A stretch of 64,000 nucleotides of DNA from an uncultured cyanobacterium. Lineage in GTDB: Bacteria > Cyanobacteriota > Cyanobacteriia > Cyanobacteriales > Nostocaceae. Every line of letters begins with the position of its first letter. Position 1 is the stretch's first letter. Of the stretch, positions 51,787 to 61,957 are shown piece by piece. Where the stretch lies: contig CAVUDP010000002.1 of the NCBI GenBank assembly GCA_963740315.1, positions 192,001-256,000 on the forward strand. The letters run 5' to 3'. A program made the translations under genes and the position numbers. The notes beneath the pieces are model-generated. The model was not told the DNA's origin. It did not search any database and worked only from the letters and a program-made list of their open reading frames with translations.

Positions 51787-52080
51787 ATGGCGAATGCACC
51801 AACCATAACTCCCGATCGCGTGAGTGAGGTTACGCGCAAACCCTATCCCAATTATAAAGTTATTGTCCTCAACGATGACTTTAATACTTTTCAACACGTT
51901 GCTGATTGTTTGACGAAATATATTCCGGGAATGACTGGCGATCGCGCTTGGGATCTCACCAATCAGATACATTATGAAGGACAAGCAACTGTTTGGATCG
52001 GTCCTCAAGAACCTGCCGAACTATATCACCAACAATTGCGTCGGGCTGGTTTGACAATGGCACCTCTTGAGGCGGCGTAA
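51787..52080 (+). CDS. clpS: ATP-dependent Clp protease adaptor
   Basis: YKVIVLNDDFNTF, IHYEG. Probable start ATG 51787. Confidence 0.93.
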   Translation: MANAPTITPDRVSEVTRKPYPNYKVIVLNDDFNTFQHVADCLTKYIPGMTGDRAWDLTNQIHYEGQATVWIGPQEPAELYHQQLRRAGLTMAPLEAA

Positions 52081-52085
52081 AAATA

Positions 52086-52415
52086 ATGGCTAAACCCACC
52101 TCGAAATCCGGTAAGGCAATTTCTAACCGCGAGAAAAATGGTAGACTCGTTTGGAATCACTCCACTCACATTAACGGTCTTATCCCTATTCTCGAACGTC
52201 TCTGCAACCAAGATAGCATTCAGACCATAACACCCGGAGAAATCCGCCGTGTAAGAGGTCACTCCCCTCATATGCAATTACGAGTGTCGGTTCCAATTCG
52301 AGGTGGGTTTAAAGTCATCGCCCGTCAAGGAAAGACGGTGCAAGAAGTGTTTATCTTAACTACTTTGGAAGAAGATGAATTTCTTGATGCAATCGCAATT
52401 GCAATGAAAAAATAA
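52086..52415 (+). CDS. DUF2103-like protein
   Basis: LVWNHSTHINGL, GGFKVIARQGKTVQEVF. Confidence 0.8.
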   Translation: MAKPTSKSGKAISNREKNGRLVWNHSTHINGLIPILERLCNQDSIQTITPGEIRRVRGHSPHMQLRVSVPIRGGFKVIARQGKTVQEVFILTTLEEDEFLDAIAIAMKK

Positions 52416-52571
52416 TTACTTAGTTATTAGTTGTTAGTTGTTAGTTGTTAGTTGTTAGTTGTTAGTTGTTAGCAACCAAAAATACATTGTAAGTAGTACG
52501 AGCATCTTGCAATCTTTCCGGCTCGCACTACGGAAATTAATTGGAATGACTAAAAATTCCATTATTCACTT

Positions 52572-52919
52572 TTAATCATGAACTTGTCGCATTGCAAATT
52601 TATGCAGTGGCAAGCAGAGAATGCAGGAAAAAGTTAGGAAGTATGACAAAGCGGTAGTCATTCTCAAACTCATTAATAGAGTTTCCCATTCAGGCAAAAC
52701 TATTTTTTCAATTCCAAAAGCAACGCAATAAACCAACCAATATGAAAAGCTCATTCTAAACAAAATTTTTTCAGTTTGCTGTATTTCGCTCTCAAGCTGG
52801 TCTTTATCCCACAATAGTCCTAAACCCGTAATGCAAGCAACAAACGAAAGCATTACAAAAAAGTCGTGACAAATAAAATTTACAGAATGCATGGCATGTT
52901 TATGCAAAAACTTTTCCAT
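52572..52919 (-). CDS. Hypothetical membrane protein (3 TM)
   Basis: 115-aa hydrophobic ORF, non-overlapping. Confidence 0.6.
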   Translation of the reverse strand: MEKFLHKHAMHSVNFICHDFFVMLSFVACITGLGLLWDKDQLESEIQQTEKILFRMSFSYWLVYCVAFGIEKIVLPEWETLLMSLRMTTALSYFLTFSCILCLPLHKFAMRQVHD

Positions 52920-53133
52920 AGAAAATAAGTCTAAAGGAATAACTCGTAAGAAGTAATGCTTCTGTAACGAACTGCAATATATGAATGATTTCTTGTTAAG
53001 AAATGCTATGAAATAATAATTTTTTAATCAGTTACCAGTTACCAGTTACCAGTTAACAGTTACCAGTTAGAAATTGATATTTCCCCTTGTCCCCTTGTCC
53101 CCTTGTCCCCCCATCTCCCCCGAACCCTATCTT

Positions 53134-53619
53134 TTACTCTTCTACTTCACAAGCACCAATACTTACCCAATTACTAGAGCCATCGCGATTATGTTCTTTT
53201 TTCCAAATGGGAGCATTATGCTTAAGAGTATCAATAGCGTAACGACAAGCATCGAAAGCTTCGGAGCGATGGGGACAACCCACGGCTACTAAAACGCTGA
53301 TTTCACCAATTTTTAAATGTCCGGTGCGATGATGAATTACTACGCGGTTTGTATCCGTCCATTTTTTCCGAATATCATCTGCAATTTGATAAAATACTCG
53401 CAATGCCATTGGTTCGTAAGCTTGGTATTCCAGCGAAATCACTGGTATTCCATCGGTTTGATTGCGAACTGTTCCACTCATTACCACAATTGCACCGTTG
53501 GCTGGGTGGTCGGCTAAATTGTAAACTTCTGACAGCGAAAGGGGTGCAAAGGTAATAGCAAAACTATCTTCCTCATTGGGTTTGAGTGCAGAATTAAAGA
53601 TATTTGAAGCAATTTTCAT
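53134..53619 (-). CDS. moaE: Molybdopterin synthase catalytic subunit
   Basis: GAIVVMSGTVR, LEYQAYEPMA, HRTG, PHRSEAF, PIWKKE. Confidence 0.95.
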   Translation of the reverse strand: MKIASNIFNSALKPNEEDSFAITFAPLSLSEVYNLADHPANGAIVVMSGTVRNQTDGIPVISLEYQAYEPMALRVFYQIADDIRKKWTDTNRVVIHHRTGHLKIGEISVLVAVGCPHRSEAFDACRYAIDTLKHNAPIWKKEHNRDGSSNWVSIGACEVEE

Positions 53620-53792
53620 AATCAATGTTTTTAAATAACTCTCAAGTCTATTGTCTGTGATTTTGGGCACGAAAAGACGTGGAGATGGGGAGAGGGGAGA
53701 GGGGAGAGGGGGAAGAGGGGGAGATGGGGAAGAGGGGGAGATGGGGAAGAGGGGGAGATGGGGAGAGGGGGAAGAGGGGGAGATGGGGAGAT

Positions 53793-53977
53793 GGTAAGCC
53801 CAAAACGTGCGCGGTGAGAGCAGTCGCGTGCGGGGGTTCCCCCCGTTGAGCGAACTGCCGAACCCGAAGGGGTTCCCCGCGTTGAGAGAAGTGGCGCAAC
53901 CCGTTACTCTAACGAGTCGTGCCGCGAGTAAGGCTTGCGTCGCCTGAAAGGCGATACACGCGGAGCGTGCGGCGAGC
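53793..53977 (+). repeat. Multiply nested structured mini-element
   Basis: Outer GGTAAGCC..GTGGCGCAACCCG copy contains a 57-bp same-family copy (53813-53869) and a 3' add-on shared with the 46311 copy. Confidence 0.85.
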
Positions 53978-54598
53978 GGGGGAGATGGGGAGAGGGGGAA
54001 GAGGGGGAGAAGAGAGCAGGGGAGGCAGAGGAGGCAGAGGAGGCAGGGGAGGCAGGGGGAGAAAAAATTAATTTTAAATTGCTATTGCTCCCTCCGCTCC
54101 CTCCGCTCCCTCCGCAATATCATCTCCTAACTCCTAACTCCCAATTCCTAACTGGTTACTGGTAATTAATTTTATACAATGGTAGAAAATACCAAAAAAT
54201 ACGTATATTTATGATGGCTTAAGTAAATATACTCAAGCGTAACAATGATTTTGTTATCGGTCTTCAGGCATATTACTATAGTTAATGTGACGAAATTGTC
54301 TCTAAGCTATTGTAGATAATCTATAAGATCGCTTTTTTGGCTAGGTAAGCACTATAAAAAAAAGTTCTGTTTCGGAAAATTATTCCGATCGAAACTTGTG
54401 ATTAGCGATCGCTGCTAATACGAGTAATCTCCCATAGCTCTAATAAAAATAAGGATGTATTAATGCAATGGTATTCATAATTAATCTAGCAAGTAGCCTT
54501 CGTAAACCACCTCCAATAAATTTTCCCTATTAATATCTGTTGTATAACAGTTTGCTTTTCTGAACGTAAAAAAAATCGGTAATAGTAGGAAAGATTTG

Positions 54599-57421
54599 AT
54601 GAATAAGAAGGTTATTCAAAATGAAGCATTAAGGCTAAAGGCTTTATATGAGTACTCTATTCTTGATACTTCACCTGAAGTTGCTTTTGATGATTTGGTT
54701 TTGTTAGCCAAGCAAGTTATAGGAACACCGATCGCTTTGATTAATTTGGTTGATGCCGAGCGTCAGTGGTTTAAAGCGAAGGTGGGGTTAAATGTATCGG
54801 AAATGCCCAGAAATAAAGGGTTTGGTTCTTTGTGTGTCGGTTTGGGTGAGACTTTAATTATTCCCGATACCTTAGCCTCGGAGCAATTTGCTAATAATCA
54901 TGTGGTGATATGTGAGCCATATGTAAGATTTTATGCGGGTATACCGTTAATAGCACCTCAAGGTGAGGTAATAGGAACTTTGTGCGCGATCGATACGGTA
55001 CCGCGAGAGATTACTTCCGAACAAATAGAGTCACTCGAAGCGATTAGTCGTTTGGTGATGAGGCAACTAGAAATACGAACAAGTTTAAAGAAATTAACGG
55101 ATATTAAAACAGAATACGAGCAAGCAAAAGCAGCGTTGGATCAAAGCGAAAGTATTATCAAAAGTTTTTTTGATAGTGCGCCGATGATGATGGGGATTGT
55201 TGAGCTGAGGGAAAATGATATTTTACACGTTTCCGGCAATACTCACGCGGCGAATTTTTTGGGTTTGACTCCAGAAGCAATGAGAAACCGCTTTGTTAGC
55301 GATATGGGGATTCCGTCACATCTGATCGATCGGTGGATTGATTTTTATCATCAAACAGAACGTACTCAATCTTCTATAACTTTTGAGTATCCTTTCGATA
55401 CTCCTGATGGTAGCAGATGGCTCAAAGCTAAAGTTTCTCCGATCGCGAATTGTTCGGAACATCAAAGGTTTGCTTATTTGGTTGATGATATCACCCAACG
55501 TAAGGAAGCAGAAGAAAGACTTCGCTGGAAACAAACCCTTTTGCGATCGATGACTAGTGTTTCACCGCTAGCATTTTATGTAGTAGAAAACCGTACTGGA
55601 AATATTTTGTATGCAAATCAACGTTTTTATGAAATTTGGGGTATCGAGCATTTAAAAGAACAAGTAGAAAGTGGCTTATTTAAACACGAGGATATCGTGG
55701 AAGAATGCCGCAAGTTAACATCTGAAGTTCCTGCATTTATTAAATCTTGCCAACCAGATTTTATTGAAAAATGTATTTGCGAAGATGAAATTTTATTACC
55801 CGATGGTCGTACTATCCGGCGTTTTTCTAGAGAAATACAAAATCAAGATAACGAGAATTTTGCGCGGCTATATATGTTTGAGAATATTACGAGCCGCAAA
55901 CATAGATCGCATCAATTACGGGAACGAGCAGCATTATTAGATATTGCTTCAGACGCTATTATTATGCGAGATTTATCTCAGATAATTTTATTATGGAATA
56001 AGAGCGCCGAGGCAATTTATGGTTGGACAGAAGAAGAAGCTATTAACAAGAATGCTTATGAACTTTTACAACCGGAAGTTTTAGGGCAACATCAAGATAT
56101 TTATCAACAAGTATTACAGCAGGGTTCGTGGCAAGGTGAGTTAAAAAAAATTGGTAAATCGGGTCAAAAAATTATTGTTGAAAGTCGTTGGACTTTGGTT
56201 AGAGATGAGCATCAAAAACCCAAATCTATTTTAACTGTTGATACAGATATTACGCAAAAAAAAGAATTAGAAAACCAATTTTTACGCGCTCAACGCATGG
56301 AAAGTATTGGTACTTTAGCTTCCGGTATTGCTCACGATTTAAATAATGTGCTTTCGCCGATTTTAATGTCAGTGCAATTGCTCAAAAATAAAAGTCGTAA
56401 CGAACAAGAAATTTCCATGTTGGGAATCGTGGAAAACAACGCCAAACGCGGAGCTAATCTGGTAAAACAGGTATTGTCATTCGCGAGGGGAATCGAAGGC
56501 GATATACACAGCGTAGCTGAACGCACTGTAATTCAGATTCAAGAATTAGTTTGGGAAATGAAGCAAATTGTCGAACAAACTTTTCCTAAATCGATTGTAT
56601 TTAATCAGTCAATGGAAGAAGATTTATGGCAGATATGGGGCGATAGTACTCAATTACACCAAGTATTATTAAATTTATGTCTGAATGCTCGCGATGCGAT
56701 GCAATCCGGTGGTAAATTAACGATTTCTGCCAAAAATATTATAATTGATGACAACTACGCCGGAATGCACCTTGATGCCGAAGTAGGTTCCTATGTAGTT
56801 ATTAGCGTTGCCGATACGGGAATTGGTATTTCTCAAAAATTATTAGATAGAATATTTGAGCCATTTTTCACTACAAAAGAATTTGGTAAAGGTACGGGAT
56901 TGGGACTATCAACAGTAATCGGCATTATCAAAGGTCATAACGGATTTGTCAACGTATCTAGTACGCCCGGTATTGGTACAAAATTTGAAGTTTATTTGCC
57001 AGCAGCAAACATTAAGGTAAACCAAGAAACTGAATTTTTGAAAACACCAGTAGGAAACGGAGAGTTAATTTTAGTTGTTGATGACGAACCTTCAATTAGA
57101 GATATTACTTTAACTTCCCTAGAACAGTATAATTATCAAGCAATTACTGCTAGCGATGGTATTGAAGCAATAGCACTTTATGCTCAATACAAAAATAAAA
57201 TTAGTGCCGCAATCGTTGATATGATGATGCCTAATATGGATGGTGCAACTACTATTAATACATTACATAGAATGAATCCTTATTTACGCACGATCGCTGT
57301 CAGCGGATTAGCAACCAGCGAACAAATACCTTTTGATAAATCTTCTAAATACACAGCTTTTTTGCCTAAACCATATACCGCTCAAGAATTATTGACAACT
57401 TTACATTCGGTTTTGAAGTAA
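54599..57421 (+). CDS. Hybrid histidine kinase GAF-PAS(x3)-HisKA-HATPase-REC
   Basis: RFYAGIPL GAF, IAHDLNN H-box, EPFFTTK, GTGLGL, VVDDE/DMMMP receiver. Confidence 0.93.
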   Translation: MNKKVIQNEALRLKALYEYSILDTSPEVAFDDLVLLAKQVIGTPIALINLVDAERQWFKAKVGLNVSEMPRNKGFGSLCVGLGETLIIPDTLASEQFANNHVVICEPYVRFYAGIPLIAPQGEVIGTLCAIDTVPREITSEQIESLEAISRLVMRQLEIRTSLKKLTDIKTEYEQAKAALDQSESIIKSFFDSAPMMMGIVELRENDILHVSGNTHAANFLGLTPEAMRNRFVSDMGIPSHLIDRWIDFYHQTERTQSSITFEYPFDTPDGSRWLKAKVSPIANCSEHQRFAYLVDDITQRKEAEERLRWKQTLLRSMTSVSPLAFYVVENRTGNILYANQRFYEIWGIEHLKEQVESGLFKHEDIVEECRKLTSEVPAFIKSCQPDFIEKCICEDEILLPDGRTIRRFSREIQNQDNENFARLYMFENITSRKHRSHQLRERAALLDIASDAIIMRDLSQIILLWNKSAEAIYGWTEEEAINKNAYELLQPEVLGQHQDIYQQVLQQGSWQGELKKIGKSGQKIIVESRWTLVRDEHQKPKSILTVDTDITQKKELENQFLRAQRMESIGTLASGIAHDLNNVLSPILMSVQLLKNKSRNEQEISMLGIVENNAKRGANLVKQVLSFARGIEGDIHSVAERTVIQIQELVWEMKQIVEQTFPKSIVFNQSMEEDLWQIWGDSTQLHQVLLNLCLNARDAMQSGGKLTISAKNIIIDDNYAGMHLDAEVGSYVVISVADTGIGISQKLLDRIFEPFFTTKEFGKGTGLGLSTVIGIIKGHNGFVNVSSTPGIGTKFEVYLPAANIKVNQETEFLKTPVGNGELILVVDDEPSIRDITLTSLEQYNYQAITASDGIEAIALYAQYKNKISAAIVDMMMPNMDGATTINTLHRMNPYLRTIAVSGLATSEQIPFDKSSKYTAFLPKPYTAQELLTTLHSVLK

Positions 57422-57455
57422 TCGGTTTGGGGAGATGGGAGAGGGGGAGATGGGG

Positions 57456-57570
57456 AGTACTTCGACAAGTCTTACAGTGAGCTACGTCGAACTGCTCAGT
57501 AACCTTTGGGGAGATGGGGAGTACTTCGACAAGTCTTACAGTGAGCTACGTCGAACTGCTCAGTAACCTT
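57456..57570 (-). repeat. Two tandem copies (64-bp period) of the 51-bp nested repeat
   Basis: 57456-57506 and 57520-57570 are the reverse complement of 17929-17979. Confidence 0.95.
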
Positions 57571-57653
57571 TGGGGAGAGGGGGAGAGCAGGGGGCAGAGG
57601 GGGCACGGGAAGCAATTAATTTTTTTACTTGCTAATTATTAATTTATTTATTT

Positions 57654-57748
57654 TCTTCCTCCGCTTCCTCCGCTTCCTCCGCTTCCTCCGCTTCCTCCGC
57701 TTCCTCCGCTCCCTCCGCTTCCTCCGCTTCCTCCGCTTCCTCCGCTCC
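57654..57748 (+). repeat. 9-bp tandem repeat (CTTCCTCCG) ~x10
   Basis: Read directly. Confidence 0.9.
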
Positions 57749-57761
57749 TAACTATTAATTT

Positions 57762-60700
57762 ATGAGTAATCTAATTCTGGTTGTAGACGATGATGATTTA
57801 ACGCGGATGCAGCTGCGCGAATTGCTAAAATCGGCGGGATATTGGGTGGCTGAGGCGGGTAATGGAGAGGAAGCGCTGACTGCGTATACTCAGTTACAGC
57901 CTGATATGGTTCTGTTGGATGCTTTGATGCCGCTGATAGATGGTTTTAGCTGTTGTGCGCGATTGCGTCAACTTCCTGGAGGAGAAGAAATACCGATATT
58001 AATGATTACCGCTCTTTACGAGCAAAGTTCTGTAGAAAAAGCTTTTAATGCTGGTGCTACGGATTATATAACTAAGCCGATTCAGTGGTTGGTGTTGCGT
58101 CAACGGGTGCGTCGTCTGTTGGAAGCTAGTAGTACGATGAAAAAATTACGGCAGCAAACCGAACAAGCACACAGGCAAGAAGCGCAATTAAAAATTGCAT
58201 TAGAAGCTGCCCATATGGGTATTTGGGATTGGAATATCGTTACTAATAAGGTAATTTGGTCGGATACTATCAAAGCGCTATTTGGTAAAGCAAGTTTAAG
58301 CTTTAATGAAACTTACCAAAGCTTTATTAGTTTTATTCATCCTCAAGACAGAGATTTAATTAATCGAGCCGCCCAGAGCGCTATTGAAGATGGAGGAGAA
58401 TACAACATTGAATATCGCATGGTTTTACCCGACGGTAGTATTCGCTGGTTTGCTTCGAGAGGTTTAGTTTTTCGTAATTCTTCTGGGAAAGCTTTGCGGA
58501 TGTCGGGAATTGATATGGATATTACCGATCGCAAAAAGGCTGAGCTGACTTTACAGATTCATGCAAATCAACAAGCATTGGTAGCGGAACTTTCTCAAGC
58601 AGCACTGGCGGGAATGGATTTAAATAGTTTGATGACTGATGCTGTTACGGCGATCGCACAATGTCTTGAGGTGGAATACTCTAAGATTTTGGAATTATTG
58701 CCTTCGGGCGATCGGTTACTGTTGCGTGCGGGTGTGGGTTGGCATTCTGGGCTTGTGGGAACAGTAATAGTAAGTACTGCCGAAAATTCGCAAGCAGGTT
58801 ATACCATTAATTCCCAAGAAGCTGTAATTGTGGAAGATTTGACAAATGAAACGCGCTTTACTAGTCCGCAATTATTATTAGACCATAATGTAGTTAGCGG
58901 TTTGTCGGTAATTATTCAAGGAAAAGAACGCCCTTTTGGGATTTTGGGAGCGCATACCACCGTATATCGCAGATTTAGTCGTGATGATATCTACTTTTTA
59001 CAAGCGATCGCCAACGTTTTAGCTACAGCGATCGAACGCCAACGTATGGAAGATGCGCTTAGAGAAAGTGAAGAGCGCTGGCAATTAGCAGTAAAAGGTA
59101 CTAATGATGGTATTTGGGATTGGAATATAAAAACCCATCAAGTTTTCCATTCGACTCGCTCTAGAGAAATCCTTGGTTATGATGAAGATATTGGCAATAA
59201 TTTAGATGAATGGTTCAATTTGGTGCATCCCGACGATCTAGACTTGCAAATGCAAACGATTCAAAACCATTTTGAGAATAAAACTCCTTTTTACATTAGC
59301 GAGCATCGTCTCCGGTGTAAAGATGGAAGTTATAAATGGATTTTGGAAAGAGGGCAAGCCTTATGGGATGCGGATGGGAATGTAGTGCGGATGGCGGGTT
59401 CCCATACTGATATTACCGAACGTAAATTAGCAGAAGAACAACTACGACAAAGCGAACAGCGTTTCCGAATACTGGCTCGTGCTACCAACGATGCCGTTTG
59501 GGATTGGAACTTGCTTACAAATAAATTGTGGTGGAATGATTCGATACAGACGCTGTTTGGTTACTCAGCAGAATCTATAGAAGGTACCATCGATTGGTGG
59601 TACGAACGGGTGCATCCAGAAGATAGACGCAGAATTGTTACCGACATTCGCGCCGTTGTAGAAAGCGCTCAACCATTTTGGACGAATGAATACCGTTTTC
59701 TAAAAGCAGATGGAACAAGCGCTCATATTTTGGATCGTGGTTACGTTGTTCGCGACGACACGGGGAAACCAGTACGAATGATTGGCGCGATGATGGACAT
59801 TACCGAACGCAAGCGCGTACAGGAAGAACTGATTCGACAAAGTTTACGCAGTCAATTATTTGCCGATGTGACTCTCAAGATTCGCACTTCCCTACAAATC
59901 GATGAAATTCTTCAAGCTAGCGTTACGGAAGTACAAAAATTACTGCACGCCGATCGTGTATTAATTCTGCGAGTGTTTGACGATGGTTCGATTACAGCCG
60001 TCAAGGAAGCAGTAGTTCCCGGTTTACCCGTAGTTTACGGACAAAATATTGACGACGATTGCTTTACCAGAGAATACCTCGAAAAATACCGCAAAGGAAG
60101 GATCAAGGCTATTAGTGACATTCACCAAGCTGATATCCAGCCATGTCACGTAGAATTACTGCAAAGATTCGATATTAAATCAAACTTAGTAGTTCCCATC
60201 ATCATGCAAAATGAACTTTGGGGATTACTAATTGCTCATCAATGCGCCAGTATCCGGGAATGGAATGAGTGGGAAACCGAATTATTGCAACAATTAGCCG
60301 ATCAAATAGGTATAGCCGCTTCACAAGCCAAACTGCTTGAACTTGAAACCCGTCAGCGAGAAGAACTTACTCGTTCCAACGAAGAGCTACAACAATTCGC
60401 CTTCATCGCTTCCCACGACTTACAAGAACCATTGCGTAAAATTACAGCATTTGGCGATCGCCTCAAAGCCACTTGCGAAGATGCTTTAACAGATAAGGGA
60501 TACGACTATCTAGAAAGAATGCAGAATGCAGCCGAAAGAATGCAGGCTTTGATTGAAGATTTACTTACTCTTTCGCGGATAACCACCAGAGCAAAACCTT
60601 TTGTAGAAGTAAATCTTGCACGAGTAACTCAAGAAGTATTATCCGATTTAGAAATACGTATTGCCCAAACCAAAGCGCGTATAGAAATCGGCGAACTACC

Positions 60701-61067
60701 CACCATCAAAGCCGATCCGCTGCAAATGCGTCAATTACTACAAAACCTTGTCGGCAACGCTTTGAAATTCCACCGAAAACAAGAGCCACCATTTGTAAAA
60801 ATATATAGTGACTTTACAGATCGACAACTAAGCTCCGATTACTGTCAAATCATCGTAAAAGATAACGGTATTGGATTTGACGAAAAATATTTAGATCGTA
60901 TATTTAACGTATTTCAAAGACTGCACGGTCGTACAGAATACGAAGGTACTGGAATGGGTTTAGCTATATGTCGAAAAATAGTCGAACGACATCAAGGAAC
61001 CATTACAGCTAAAAGCGAACCCGGAAAAGGTGCAAGTTTTGTTGTCACACTGAAAATTCAAAATTAA
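57762..61067 (+). CDS. REC-PAS-GAF-PAS-PAS-GAF(CBCR)-histidine kinase
   Basis: N-terminal receiver, GIWDW PAS/PAC repeats, last GAF with DDCF and PCH motifs, ASHDLQEPL H-box. Confidence 0.92.
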   Translation: MSNLILVVDDDDLTRMQLRELLKSAGYWVAEAGNGEEALTAYTQLQPDMVLLDALMPLIDGFSCCARLRQLPGGEEIPILMITALYEQSSVEKAFNAGATDYITKPIQWLVLRQRVRRLLEASSTMKKLRQQTEQAHRQEAQLKIALEAAHMGIWDWNIVTNKVIWSDTIKALFGKASLSFNETYQSFISFIHPQDRDLINRAAQSAIEDGGEYNIEYRMVLPDGSIRWFASRGLVFRNSSGKALRMSGIDMDITDRKKAELTLQIHANQQALVAELSQAALAGMDLNSLMTDAVTAIAQCLEVEYSKILELLPSGDRLLLRAGVGWHSGLVGTVIVSTAENSQAGYTINSQEAVIVEDLTNETRFTSPQLLLDHNVVSGLSVIIQGKERPFGILGAHTTVYRRFSRDDIYFLQAIANVLATAIERQRMEDALRESEERWQLAVKGTNDGIWDWNIKTHQVFHSTRSREILGYDEDIGNNLDEWFNLVHPDDLDLQMQTIQNHFENKTPFYISEHRLRCKDGSYKWILERGQALWDADGNVVRMAGSHTDITERKLAEEQLRQSEQRFRILARATNDAVWDWNLLTNKLWWNDSIQTLFGYSAESIEGTIDWWYERVHPEDRRRIVTDIRAVVESAQPFWTNEYRFLKADGTSAHILDRGYVVRDDTGKPVRMIGAMMDITERKRVQEELIRQSLRSQLFADVTLKIRTSLQIDEILQASVTEVQKLLHADRVLILRVFDDGSITAVKEAVVPGLPVVYGQNIDDDCFTREYLEKYRKGRIKAISDIHQADIQPCHVELLQRFDIKSNLVVPIIMQNELWGLLIAHQCASIREWNEWETELLQQLADQIGIAASQAKLLELETRQREELTRSNEELQQFAFIASHDLQEPLRKITAFGDRLKATCEDALTDKGYDYLERMQNAAERMQALIEDLLTLSRITTRAKPFVEVNLARVTQEVLSDLEIRIAQTKARIEIGELPTIKADPLQMRQLLQNLVGNALKFHRKQEPPFVKIYSDFTDRQLSSDYCQIIVKDNGIGFDEKYLDRIFNVFQRLHGRTEYEGTGMGLAICRKIVERHQGTITAKSEPGKGASFVVTLKIQN

Positions 61068-61160
61068 GTTCTTGGGCATTGGTAAAAAGGTCAAAGGATC
61101 CAAAGGTTAAAGGTCAAAGGTTAAAGGTTAAAGGTGTAATAACTTCTTACCCTCTCCTCA

Positions 61161-61211
61161 AAGGTTACTGAGCAGTTCGACGTAGCTCACTGTAAGACTT
61201 GTCGAAGTACT
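61161..61211 (+). repeat. 51-bp nested repeat, copy 4
   Basis: Identical to 17929-17979; followed by a (CCCCATC/CCCCCAT)n tract. Confidence 0.95.
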
Positions 61212-61493
61212 CCCCATCCCCCCATCTCCCCATCCCCCCATCCCCCCATCTCCCCATCCCCCCATCTCCCCATCTCCCCATCCCCCCATCTCCCCATCCC
61301 CCCATCTCCCCATCCCCCCATCTCCCCATCACCCTTCTCCTCCCTCGATCGCGGCATCGCTAATTTTTTCTTGCTCAAAAAAGGTTTATCATACCGGATA
61401 TAAGAAAGCTAGTGATACAAAATATTACTCAAAGTTTTGTTGCAATTTAATAATTTATTGATTCCAAAACCAGCGTAAAGGAGAAAATGCAGA

Positions 61494-61940
61494 GTGGAGG
61501 CTCGGCAAACAAGCATTTCGATATTGATGGCTGACGATGATGAAGACGATTGTATGTTAGCTAGCGAGGCGTTAACGGAAACTCGTCTGCAATACGAACT
61601 CTATTTTGTTAAGGATGGTGAAGAATTAATGGATTATTTGTATCAGCGTGGAAAATATACAAATCCAAACAATGCACCAACTCCAGGTTTAATTTTGTTG
61701 GATTTAAATATGCCTAAAAAAGATGGTCGTGAAGCACTTAGAGAAATCAAAACTAATCCCACTTTCAGACATATTCCTATCGTAATACTGACAACCTCAA
61801 AAGCAGAAGAAGACATTCAACTTTCTTATTCTTTGGGGGCAAATTCTTTTATCATTAAGCCAGTCACCTTTGCCTCTTTAGTTGAAGTTATGAAAACCAT
61901 AGGAAAATATTGGTTTGATATTGTAGAGCTACCGTACTAA
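61494..61940 (+). CDS. Single-domain response regulator, Rcp1-like
   Basis: ADDDEDD, LLDLNMPKKDG, LTTS, C-terminal YWFDIVELP typical of phytochrome-kinase partners. Confidence 0.9.
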   Translation: MEARQTSISILMADDDEDDCMLASEALTETRLQYELYFVKDGEELMDYLYQRGKYTNPNNAPTPGLILLDLNMPKKDGREALREIKTNPTFRHIPIVILTTSKAEEDIQLSYSLGANSFIIKPVTFASLVEVMKTIGKYWFDIVELPY

Positions 61941-61957
61941 ACGGTGGGAGATAAAAT

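Noticed and set aside
57456..57570. Possible mini-CRISPR (two 51-bp repeats)
   Set aside because: The 13-bp spacer is STRR sequence and the same unit is dispersed singly elsewhere.
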